NCBI GenBank assembly: GCA_028534125.1
Contig: CM052817.1
Location: 12,836,001-12,900,000, forward strand
DNA from: Lama glama
Lineage: Eukaryota
DNA: 64,000 bases
Direction of reading: 5' to 3'
Shown here piece by piece: positions 51,541 through 63,068 of this stretch. The notes beneath the pieces are model-generated. The model saw nothing but the letters and a program-made list of their open reading frames with translations, ran no database searches and was not told the DNA's origin. Numbering within the stretch: position 1 is the stretch's first letter; the number at the start of each line of letters is the position of its first letter. The translations under genes and the position numbers were made by a program.

Positions 51541-52509
51541 ACTTTATCAAAGAAGGAAGTTGGCTCTTGGACTGGACTGTTTATAGGAAAAACTCTTCTG
51601 AGGGTTATTAAGTAGTACTTACCCCTCTAAGAACCGTGTTCCCCATTCTGAGAAACTTCCCAAGTAACGTGAGCCATCCACATTCTCGCAACTACCCTTC
51701 ATGCTCACTGAGTAAAGCAGCGCATTCTTCACGGACAGTTGTTCTTTCACGATTGAATTGCAGAAGCTTGAAGATATCATCGCTTAGTGTCCAAATGACC
51801 ATTATTCAACTGAAAATGTTGACCAGCAACTGTAACTTGGTGATTCCAGTTTTGAAGGCTATAATGATGATATATTACACTGGACTGCAAAATTTTTCAG
51901 GATAGAGTCAATGTAATATTATCCAAATACCCAAGAACACCCCTTACAAATACAAACACACACATACACACACACACTCTCACCTACAGCACCAAACATA
52001 ATACATGTACTTTTCATTCAATAGGGCTTATTGGATGAATTAATAAATAAATGAATGAGAAGATAAATAAATAAATAGCTTGCTAAGTAAAAAAAAAACA
52101 GATAAATGCATTTGCAGAGATATAAATATAAACAGAAATTATATTTCATGTAACAATGCTGTATAATAGTACATAGGCTAAAGAGACACAGAAATTAGAA
52201 AGACTTTCTAAAGATGAGGCTTCTACAGGAACAAATGCTATTTTATATAGTGTAGTAAGTACTCAAGTAAAGGTCTGGTGACTGGAAAAGAGATAACAAA
52301 GTATAATCATTCCTGAGTGGACTATTGATCCAGACAATGCTAAAGTACAAAATAGAACATTACATTTTTTAAAAATAATAATATTTCAACAGATAAGGAA
52401 TATAAAATATCTGGATTGGTAAATGTTCTTGTCAATGTTCTCTTTTTTTGGATAATAGCTTTTCACTTCTCATTTATGAGAAGGTCTATTTCATAAATGA
52501 ATAGTGGAT

Positions 52510-52810
52510 AGTATCAGTCAGGAAAGCTAGCTTAGGCTGTAGTTAAAAAAAAGAAAAAAGAAAAAAAACTGAATCTCAAAAGCCTAAAACAGAAAAAGGG
52601 TTTTTTCTCACTCAGATGACATGTCCATTTTGGCTTTTAATTAGAGACCCAGGCTGATGACGTGTATCATCCAGTACATCACACATTTCCATCGTGGGGG
52701 AATGTCACCTAGCAACATCACGCAGCAGCTCTGAAAGGCCTTCCACCAACCAGGGACGTGTTGTTTCCACTCAAGTTTCTTTGGTCAAAAGAAGACTCAC
52801 CTGATTAGGC
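52510..52810 (-). mobile_element. Old MLT1J/K-like LTR fragment
   Basis: 'tatcagtcaggaaagctagcttaggctgtagtta...tttttctcactca...catgtcca...acccaggctgatg'. Confidence 0.55.
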
Positions 52811-52999
52811 AGAAGTTAATTTATTTTTTTTATTTTATTGTTTTAACAAATCACAATATAATATAGTCAGAGAGCCAATTTTTTTAATTCAATTATTTTC
52901 CCTAAAACAATCCCAATGCAGGTGATGTGTGTGTGTTTTGCAAACTTTCAGAGTTAAAATGCAGAATTAGCAAAGCTAGAACTTCAAATCTCACGACCG

Positions 53000-53470
53000 C
53001 CTATACTTATGCCTTGCTTACTATGCGCCAGGCTCAGCATTAAGCGCGTTAAGACGAGATACGAGGTGAGCAAAGCCCGGCCTCTGCCTTTGACGAATGC
53101 CTGCGCTAGTGGAAGAGACGGGTAAGTGAATAACTCATCATGAAAAATGTGTTTGGTTTTGTGGCAGGGAAATTAATTCTGCATGGAAGGGTCCAAGAAG
53201 ACTGCATTGATACCTGAGGAATATTTAATAAGGCAAATGCGAATTTGTCAAATGAAAAATGGCAGATGAGAGGAAGTGAGGTGGGCTGGCATTCCTAGTG
53301 GAGGGAACATTATTAGGACAGACATGGAGACATTCAAATGCGCTGTATCCTACTGAGGCAGAAAGTGTTTAATTGTGCTTGTGAATGGAGCACCCAAAGA
53401 AGGTAGCCCCAGATGAACCCAAAGGCAAGCCAAGGGCAGGATGGGAAGATCCTCAAGCTTAATAATCATT
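53000..53470 (-). mobile_element. L2 fragment (CpG-rich at its left end)
   Basis: 'tactatgcgccaggc...gcctctgcctttga...ctagtggaagagac' and 'ggcattcctagtggagggaaca' follow an antisense L2 3' region. Confidence 0.6.
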
Positions 53471-54778
53471 CTTGATGATCTAGTTTTCAGAGTGTCCCAG
53501 TGTCGTTCCTAAACATCAATGATCTCTTCTCCTTAGACATATTAAAGGTAAAAATTACAAAATTCTAAAAGCATTTTAATACATTTGAAAAAACCTTATA
53601 ATCATCATGTGTCCTTATATTCTGAGATATTACCACAATATGTAAAAAATTAAAATAGGTTACATTTAACACACCACATAAAAACATTTAAAGTATAAGC
53701 TATTTTCCTTCAACAAAGAGATCTCTATTTTCCTGAAACATAGAGACCACAAAAGATTGAACGGAAATGTATGTGTAAACAATGAATTCAACACTTAAAT
53801 TTCACTCTATTCAGCTCCAAAGGGAACAGATTGCCAGGGCCAAATTCAGATGACCCTGAGTTGCACAAGTAAGCCTTTATGCTATGTGGACCTGAAAATC
53901 TCCACCAGAAGTTCACAAAGTAGAAACTAAATCTGAAACTAAACCCAACTCCACATCAGCCTCTCCTGAAGTCACCAAATTCCATGTCTTCTGACCACAG
54001 TCACCACTGAGTTCCTGTTGAGTCCAGACCTGTTTTGGTTGCTAAAGCTACTCTGTCTGGTTCCTAAAATATTAACTACAGTCCTTCAAAAAAAACCAAA
54101 AAACCCAATGGTCAAAATAGCTGACTATTACAACTGCTTCATACTAACAGTCCATTCTACTAAAAAAAAAAAACAAACCCAAAGTCGGTTTGACAAATTT
54201 ATTAAAATCATGAAAAATTTGAGAGAAATCCTGGATGATACTGGTCGGCAAAAGGGACTGTGTGTGAAGATTTTGTAACAGCAACCCCTGAGTTAAAACG
54301 GTTCTCAAACACTGTCCAGGTACCTCTTCTAGCAAAAGATTTGTTTTCTTTTACAATTAAATATCAACTAAAAAAAGAAGAAAAAGAAATTTTAACATAA
54401 GCCTAATGCAGTGTTATTTTCCATTAAGAGGCAGAATTACGAGATGACATAAATACATGACATATATTTGAATATTTAAGCTCTTGGAAACATCATGTCT
54501 TTAGTAACCAAATATGGACATATTGAGAAATCAGATATCAAAGAAGCTTTCAGAGGGTCAAGCTTTCTGCCATTTATAAGGGTAGTACAAAGAAAAGTTC
54601 TTTCATATGTTGCTTCTACAAAAACTTAAAACAGAATATTTCTCTGATGAGAAAGGAATCCTTCTACAATAACCCCCTACACAGCAATCCAAGTGTCCTG
54701 AGTTGACTGACTTGAACAGCTTTAAGTGACTTTGGGAATGTAATTGCCAGAACATAGCTTCCTGTTTACAACAGATTC

Positions 54779-55164
54779 TGCACTAGTTAGCTCAGGCTGC
54801 CATAACAAAATACCGTAAACGAGGTCGCTGGAAGGGTAACAGTCTGCTTATCTCACAGTCCTGGGGGCTAGATGCCTCAGCCACAGGTGCAGCCCTGTTT
54901 GGTTTCTGGTGAGAGCTCTCTTCTTGGCTTGTAGGCAGGAACCTTCCTCTCTCCATGCGTGGCCTCTCCTCTGAGGTGCACAGACGGGGCTCTGGTTTCT
55001 CTTCCTATGAGGACACCAGTCCTATCAGGTTAATCCCCCACCTTTATGACTTCACTCATTTAACCTTAATTTTGTCCTTATAAGCCCTGTCTCTAAATAT
55101 GGTCACACTGGGGGGTTAGGGATTCAACATATGAATTTGAAGTGGACACAATCCAGTCCACACA
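54779..55164 (-). mobile_element. MLT1A0/B-like MaLR solo LTR
   Basis: 'tagttagctcaggctgccataacaaaatacc...tttggtttctggtgagagctctcttcttggcttgtag...aacatatgaatttga...ggacacaatccagtccacaca'. Confidence 0.85.
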
Positions 55165-55999
55165 AGTTCTTACCTAGAAATATGTAAAACCTCTTATTAT
55201 ATTCTTATTCCTTTAGGAAATAAACTACACTAACCCTAAATATGCGACCCTTTAAGATTAGCAGAAAGGGAACCTTGAGACGAGGAAATATTCCCTCCTG
55301 GCCTTCTCATTAGCAAGTAGACTGCAGCAAATGCCAAAGCTCCACCCACGGCGCCACCAGAGCACTTTGAACGCGATGTTACGTATCTGCCACACAAATC
55401 TCCATGCCCTCCTAGCCCAGCTTGTCAAACTGGGCTCTGGTTTGGGTCTCACCTACCTGTCTAAACAGTCTGACTAAGGAGACTACATACTAGTCAAAGA
55501 GGAGAGGTACTGCTTTACCTAGCAGAGTAGAACTCCACCGAAACGCCATGAATAAGGATGAAAATTAATGTATAAAATGCAGACTCATGTTATAGCAAGG
55601 TCAGTGGAATGACCAGATGATTCTGGCTGGAAGTTTGCGGGGTTCTGAGAGTCAGTATTCAGTCATGTAATTTCTGAATGGTGGTTGTTACTGGGTGCAT
55701 TATCACAATATTTCGCTGCATTTCATTTTAATTATCAGTTAAATAACAAAGGGTTTGCAAGGTGTGCTTTGAAATTAATATTTGATTAGTATGAATTCTA
55801 TGGAAAGATGGACTTTCTTTTTCCTTTCTGGTGAAACGTATAGGATTATATATTTTTCAGACTACGCCCTGATCTTGTCCTGACGTCTAAATGTAAAAGG
55901 CAGTGACAAAGAGTGAAGGTAACCACAAAAGAGAGCACAGAAGGGTCGGCTCCAGGGACAACAGCAGGAGGTATCAGAGGGTGTTGGCTAAAAGCTCAC

Positions 56000-56240
56000 C
56001 TTTCAGGCTACACTTGCTTTCAAATTCCTGTTTCCCCAGTCCTCACTGAGTCATTTTGAACAAAGCGTTCTTTTTTTTCCTCCCCAAATCCCAAGGGTCT
56101 TTATCTGAAATTGAATAAAAATGCCTTCCCACCTCATAGAGTGACCCTGACTGTGAAACGCCATAATACCTGTGAAGCACTCAGCATCGTGCTTTGTTAT
56201 CCCAAGGCCCCAAACAGGAGTGATTATTTTAGTATTGTTG
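56000..56240 (+). mobile_element. MIR
   Basis: 'ttcaaattcctg...tttatctgaaattg...cctcatagagtg...tgtgaagcactcagcatcgtgc'. Confidence 0.6.
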
Positions 56241-56664
56241 CCACTAGCAAGGCTGCTGACCAGAGAAGGGGAGCAGTTTCCACTATGAAAGGTTTCATGT
56301 TTATGGAATATTTGTAAATGAATGTTCAAATTCAAGAACCAGCCTATGCAGATCTTTGGACAAGTTTCTTGCTTCCTCTGAAGTGCAGCTTGCCATTTGG
56401 TCCGATCTACTAATTCCATCAGGCTCCATCGGTCAAGCTGACTCGTTAGAGCTCTAACTCCACACAGGCTTTAGATAGAGTGAGTTCAAAGGACTGCAGT
56501 TTCCTCGGCATTTTACTTACAATAAATAAGCAAGTTCTCACAACAATTCTCTTTTTCCAGGTGAGGGGACAGAGGCTCAGAGAGGCTAGGTTAGCCCATA
56601 CCCTAAGTAAGAATGCTAAAATTTAGATAATACACTTACAAAGATTACTACCAAGTATATTCTA

Positions 56665-56890
56665 GCTTAGGTGTCAGCAAATTTTTTTTTTTTTTTGCAA
56701 GGGCCAGATAGCTTAGGCTTTGCAAGTTTATTAGTCTCTGCCTCAAGGATGCAGCTCTGCCTCATAAGAGAAGCTATTGACTATAGGTAAAATAATGAGC
56801 ATGACTGTATTCCAATGAAGTTCTTTTATAAACACCAGAAATATGCCAGATTTGATTCTAGGGTTGTAGATTGCTGACACTTGTTCTGGT
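56665..56890. mobile_element. MER58A-like MITE
   Basis: 'ggtgtcagcaaattttt...aagggccagatagc...taggctttgc...aatgagcatgactgtattccaatgaagtt...ttgctgacac'. Confidence 0.75.
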
Positions 56891-57482
56891 TAATAGTTAT
56901 AGTTCAATTTTAATAGGAGCACTTAAGCATTAAAGAAAATCATGTCCATCTATGTGTCTCCCAAACAGAATGTCTTGAATTGTAATTGTCTAAGTCATAG
57001 TAAAAGCCTTTCCCCGTAGTCCATTAAACACTGTGCCTCATTGGGCAACATTAGCCTAAGATGCATATTTAGACACTCGAAAATATTTTAGACAGATTGT
57101 CATAGTAGTCACTTGATATATATTCGATGAACAAATGAATGAACAACCGAATAAAGAAGCTATTGGTTTATATTGAGGGAGAATGTCCCCATCTCTATCT
57201 TCCTCCTATCCAGATGAATGTGTCACGGTTATCAGATGTCCCCTATATGCCAAATTCTCTGCTACAAAGTGGAGTTGTACAGAAGAATAAGACATTATTT
57301 TTCTTTCCAAGGATCTCAAGCCTGTGAGGCAAATAAACTACAGAAGCATGGTAAGTATTGCATTTATGAAAGCTGTGTTGGCTCAAGATACTCAGACGTG
57401 GATTTTTACAGGAATACTCCTCAAATTTCGCTTCTTGCAGTGTCCATCCGTATTGTACTACTGTTCAAGATGTTCAAGAATC

Positions 57483-57982
57483 NNNNNNNNNNNNNNNNNN
57501 NNNNNNNNNNNNNNNNNNNNNNNNNNNNNNNNNNNNNNNNNNNNNNNNNNNNNNNNNNNNNNNNNNNNNNNNNNNNNNNNNNNNNNNNNNNNNNNNNNNN
57601 NNNNNNNNNNNNNNNNNNNNNNNNNNNNNNNNNNNNNNNNNNNNNNNNNNNNNNNNNNNNNNNNNNNNNNNNNNNNNNNNNNNNNNNNNNNNNNNNNNNN
57701 NNNNNNNNNNNNNNNNNNNNNNNNNNNNNNNNNNNNNNNNNNNNNNNNNNNNNNNNNNNNNNNNNNNNNNNNNNNNNNNNNNNNNNNNNNNNNNNNNNNN
57801 NNNNNNNNNNNNNNNNNNNNNNNNNNNNNNNNNNNNNNNNNNNNNNNNNNNNNNNNNNNNNNNNNNNNNNNNNNNNNNNNNNNNNNNNNNNNNNNNNNNN
57901 NNNNNNNNNNNNNNNNNNNNNNNNNNNNNNNNNNNNNNNNNNNNNNNNNNNNNNNNNNNNNNNNNNNNNNNNNNNNNNNNNN
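57483..57982. other. Assembly gap (500 N)
   Basis: Exactly 500 Ns; 57284-57482 is repeated identically at 57983-58181. Confidence 0.99.
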
Positions 57983-60854
57983 AGAATAAGACATTATTTT
58001 TCTTTCCAAGGATCTCAAGCCTGTGAGGCAAATAAACTACAGAAGCATGGTAAGTATTGCATTTATGAAAGCTGTGTTGGCTCAAGATACTCAGACGTGG
58101 ATTTTTACAGGAATACTCCTCAAATTTCGCTTCTTGCAGTGTCCATCCGTATTGTACTACTGTTCAAGATGTTCAAGAATCCACCATTCTCACCAAAAAC
58201 TCAAATTCTGCCTACATTTAGCCTGAATTAAACTGATTTCAGGAAGATAAAAACTAGAAAGAGCATTACTTATTGGATATTTTTCTTGTCATCTCTTTGT
58301 TTTATTATTTTCTTTTTTTTAAAAAAGCAGTTCTCTCAAACTTCATGCTGATTCTTTGGCCCAAGTGTTATTTTGGAAGTGAGTTATATAAATTCTGCCC
58401 TTTATAGCTTGTATTCTCTATTTCCTATCCTTATGCTTAACTGGTTTTCTCCAAATGCCTTTTCTGAACTTTTCCTTAACATTAACCATACAACCACCAC
58501 AGAGTAAAGTGTAGATTTTATCTTTATTGTTAAATGCATGAGGCGTCACAAAAAATTGACAGTGTTAAGCTGATGGCAATTTGAGAAAGATGAATCAAAT
58601 GCCAAAATATGTGAGGGAAAATATCAATACAGAAAAAAAAAACAGAAAAAGAAATGTCTGCAATGATCATGGCATAGTTTCAGAAGACAAGATATGAAGA
58701 AAGGGTTTGGAAGATAGTCATATAATCTGGATGAGATAAGTGGGTTTCATTTGTCACAACCCTGGGATATGAGTTTTCAGATCATTGTGAATGATGCTTT
58801 GAGTGTTATAATAGAACTGAAAAATGTGGAAGCATATGATTTAATGCCTAGACATCAGTTTTGTCTGCCAAATCCCAAGGAAGACGTCTATAAGCCCATC
58901 AATCAACATTAGGATCTCTGTGTTGAGCAAATGACATCCAGATCATAAAGCTGTTGTCATTTAAAATGCATTTTTAAATCACTGCTCCACTACCGTTTAT
59001 AATGGGTATATTTTTAACTCTAATAATTAATCAGCTCTGACACATTTCCTTTCTTTTTCTCCTGTTCTCCTCTGACATCCTTCTTTTATAAGAAGCCATT
59101 TTTTAATTTCCTGGATGCAGAAAACCAGCAAAGATATTCAGGTTTCTACATTTCATCTATGAAATGAGCTTTGAAGGTTTATAAATTAAGGAAGTTGAAA
59201 AACAATCTTCAGCTTAGATAGCATCTTGACGTACATGTGCCACGATCAGAATGACATCTCCATTGGGAATACAAATTCACGGCTCCTGACTATATTTCAG
59301 AAAGACGTTGCTTGAAAATGATGTACCTCAAGCACACAGTCATATCACGTTCCCCCACCTCTTTGAGAACCGGCTCATCAGATAATTTCTCTTAAAGAGA
59401 TGCCAGTACTGTAATTTGCCTCTGCTTTAATCAACAGTGAGATAATATAGAAGCCGCATTAAATGATTCAGAATGATTTAGTCAGCAGGAAACCCATTAG
59501 TCTAACCATATTTTCCCATACTTTTCAGCACCATGTCCTGTCATCTGGAAATAATAGGTACCCTAAAAGCAAATTCTGAAGGCTTTAAAAAAATTGCTAG
59601 GAGAGAGCACCGTGTGTTTATTTGGAGGTTGATATTGCCACATATTAATCAAAATGAAAATTTTTTTTCCAGTATATTTGAATTAGATTTCCGTATGAAA
59701 GAATGTTAAAATGTTACATTTAAGCATGATATATTTACATATTTATTTTGATCAGATTGGATTACGCCAGATGTGCACATATAGAATCATACTTCTGTAG
59801 GTGTTTTCATTTCTAGTAAATCAATTCATAAACTAAACGAAATAAATAAATAAAAAGGAAAAAGGAATGAGGAACTGGCAGCTTGAGGAGAAGCTCAGTG
59901 CATATTAAGACATTTTGAGTCAGTGGTCTGTGTAAGGGTTCATGTCTTGTTATTTTTCATGGACTACCAAGTTTTCAAGATGCATTAGAAATAGTTGTAA
60001 AAAATCACAATCACCAATGTTTAATGAATGTGATGGAAGGAGTGAGAAACATTGTAGAAATACAAAAACACAAAAATTTAGTATTTGATCATCCCCTAAA
60101 CTCTGAGTACCTCTGAGTTCCTCGTGATTTGTGGGTTCTCAGTGAATATGAATAGATAATAATCTTTCTTTCTAAAAACTCAGATTCCCCAGAAGATTCT
60201 CCAATTTTCAGAGTGTGTCAACATAGCTGCCCAAGCTATAATGTAGCTGTTCTGTAGCCAGCAGAAAGAAGAGTTGGGAGAAATAAGGGTTGAAACGACA
60301 GGGTGATGGCAATAGCTAAAATAAATTCAATTCTTTTAACTGAATGAGAATTTCTTGTTATCATTTTGCAGAAGAAGAAATTGGTAACATTACAGTGATG
60401 AGTAGAAAATACTAATTCTTAACGAGAATCCCAAGTTCCTACTCCAGACCTCCAAGTTTGCTATCTCTTTCAAGGTCAAAGTGAAGAGGATGGTTATTAA
60501 GTCAGTGATCAGTGTTTTAATTTAATAATGTAAATAAGATCATCCTAAGTGGCCTATTTGATTGCTGCACTATTTATGAAAATACACTCAACAAAGCTAC
60601 ATGAAATTATCTACTGGAGTCACCAAATGGTGACGGTTAAAACATGGTTTCCACTTCCCAACTGCCCCCTAAATTCACTACAATGATTAAATGAGCTAAT
60701 GAAAGTGAAGTGGTTAACACAGTGCTTGGCCCTCGGTAAGTACAAACTGTGAAAAGCCCTGGTTCCCGTGGAGGTGATGGTTAAAGGACAAGAAAAATAA
60801 ATAGGTCTGCAGTGGTGGAAGAGCTTCTCTTTTTGACCTATTAAAAAAAAAACT

Positions 60855-61080
60855 AGCACTTTATAACACTTATTACATTCACAGGCAAGCTCTAAGTATT
60901 TTGAAACATTAACTCATGTAGTATTCACCACAGCCTAATGAGATGGACGTTATCTTTATGCCCATTTTATGGATGAAAGAAACTGAAGCACAGGGAAGCT
61001 GTGCAGCTTGTGCGAAGGCCCAGCTAGTGAGTGTCAGAGCCAAGATTTTAATCCAAGCAGAGTGACACCATGGCCCACCC
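60855..61080 (-). mobile_element. MIR
   Basis: 'cccattttatggatgaaagaaactgaagcacagggaag...cagctagtgagtgtcagagccaagattt' is MIR core. Confidence 0.8.
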
Positions 61081-63019
61081 CTTAGACAACGGGGTCTTCT
61101 GACTTCCATCTGCATGTATATTGTGGCTGTTACCAGTGAAACCACCGCTATCTAACTAATATCTTATAAATGCAAGTGGTTTTCAAAGTAACATCCTTGT
61201 GGTGTCCTTGCAATTATGAGGCCAAAAATCACAAGGATCATTTTTCTCTTTATATCCAAGACTAAAGCAGAGCAGTTTAGGCTGAGTTTGTGCTAATTTG
61301 ACCTCATTATCTCTTCTGAGCAGAAAGCTTTGGACTGTGATCAGGGGAGATGTCTGTCTTCATGAGAATTAAGCTCTCATACCAATAAAAATGATAAAGA
61401 ATACAATGATTTGTTTCAACTTCATTGTTTAGCTAAGGCACTTAGGCCCCAAATGTATGATCCCAGAATTATCTAGGACCCCATCATCCTTCACAATGTG
61501 AAAGACGACTTAGATTTGATCTTAAAGCCCCTAAGGAATCAAAACTGGGGGGGTGGGAAATGGGATGAAAGGAAAAAAAAATCCCCAAAGCCTTCCAAAA
61601 ATATTCCACCCACTCTAGAGTTTTGGACAACATTGTCAAAGGAAAAACATTTAACACTCTCTTTCTTTAAAGTTGGATTTGTCTGACTGGCCGGGGCTTA
61701 AGAAAATGTTATGTTTATTCTGTGGGAATATTTGTGAAGAACGAGTTTAACTTGGCTACTGGGAAAGTTGTTTTTGTTGTTTGGGTTTCTTGAATGTTAG
61801 TGTTTGGGATGACTTTGTTTTCTTTGGGGTGAAGGAAGCAACTTTTCATACAATTTAGTGGTTATATGAAACCTCCTCCATTGGCCTCTCATGCATGCCA
61901 CATAGTGTATATAATATATATTTCAGCTAGGTTTGTTTTCCCAAAATCCAAGAATGACTGCATTAAAGTTGCTCAATTTCAGAAAGATTTAAACCACAGG
62001 AAGGATAATTCTAGATGACGCCAAACTACAGGGGTTTCCTAAGTAGACTGTGTATCATTTCACCTCTCTCCTGGGTGCTCCATCCTGTGTCTTGGGGCCT
62101 CAATTTAAAAGCCACCCTATTCTGATTCAGTGTGTGCCTGAGTTAGAAGGCTTCACAATTTCCTCTCTAATAAATGCAAAGTCTGAAGCTCCTTCACCCA
62201 CCTCTGTATCTCCTCACATTCTGATCCTCTCTCTCCCAACATATACATACAATACACACAGTTCTGAGTACCAGTGTGGCCTCAGGTTTCCCTTTGTCCC
62301 TTTAACTCTCAAGAACATTCTGCAACCTTAAAAATAGCTCTAAGCCAGACTCCTGCAAAGTAACACAAGAAAGTCTGATTACAGACTTTATTTACTCTCT
62401 GGCATCCAGAGGAGGTTTAAGAAGTTTAATGAGACAGCTTCAGGACTTTAAATATTTAAGTTGTAGGTCATTCTTTTTCTCAAATTAGTTATCATAGACA
62501 GTTTGGAATAAAATATCCTATAGATAGAGTATGAAAGTAGAATTTGTGTTTCAATCCAAGCCAAAAATGCAAAACTAGCCTGGAGTGTTGTATACACAAA
62601 TTCAAACTGGGTTTAACATGAGTTAAATGAAGAGACTACTTCCCAGAGGGTGGAAAAAATTTTTTAAAATAAAAAAAAATATAAAGAAGGATAAGAAGAT
62701 TCTTATTCTAGCCCCAAAGGGGCAAGAAGGGGGAGGATTGAGCCCATATCACATCAGCAGCTTTGGCCTCAGGAAGGGGACGGAGGTCGCAACAGGACAC
62801 TCACTGACATCCCCCTCCTCCTTCCCTCTTTTCAGCTCCAGTCTCTCCTCTTGGCCAATAACAACCGAAAGCCTTTAGAAAGGCGGCCCTTTCATGCAGT
62901 CTGGACAGGTCCCCTTCCCAGGGCACAGGACGAACGAAGTGCACCAGAGAATGGATCTGGAGGGGCAAACAGCACAAATATTCTGAAGATTATGTTTTAA
63001 AGTTTAAAAGTTAAACAGT

Positions 63020-63067
<48 letters not shown>
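63020..63067. repeat. Perfect (GATA)12 tetranucleotide microsatellite
   Basis: 12 uninterrupted GATA units counted. Confidence 0.95.

Positions 63068-63068
<1 letters not shown>

Noticed and set aside
57218..58231. Long ORFs of 186-337 aa with an apparent repeated domain
   Set aside because: They read through 500 Ns, and the repeat is the 199-bp overlap duplication
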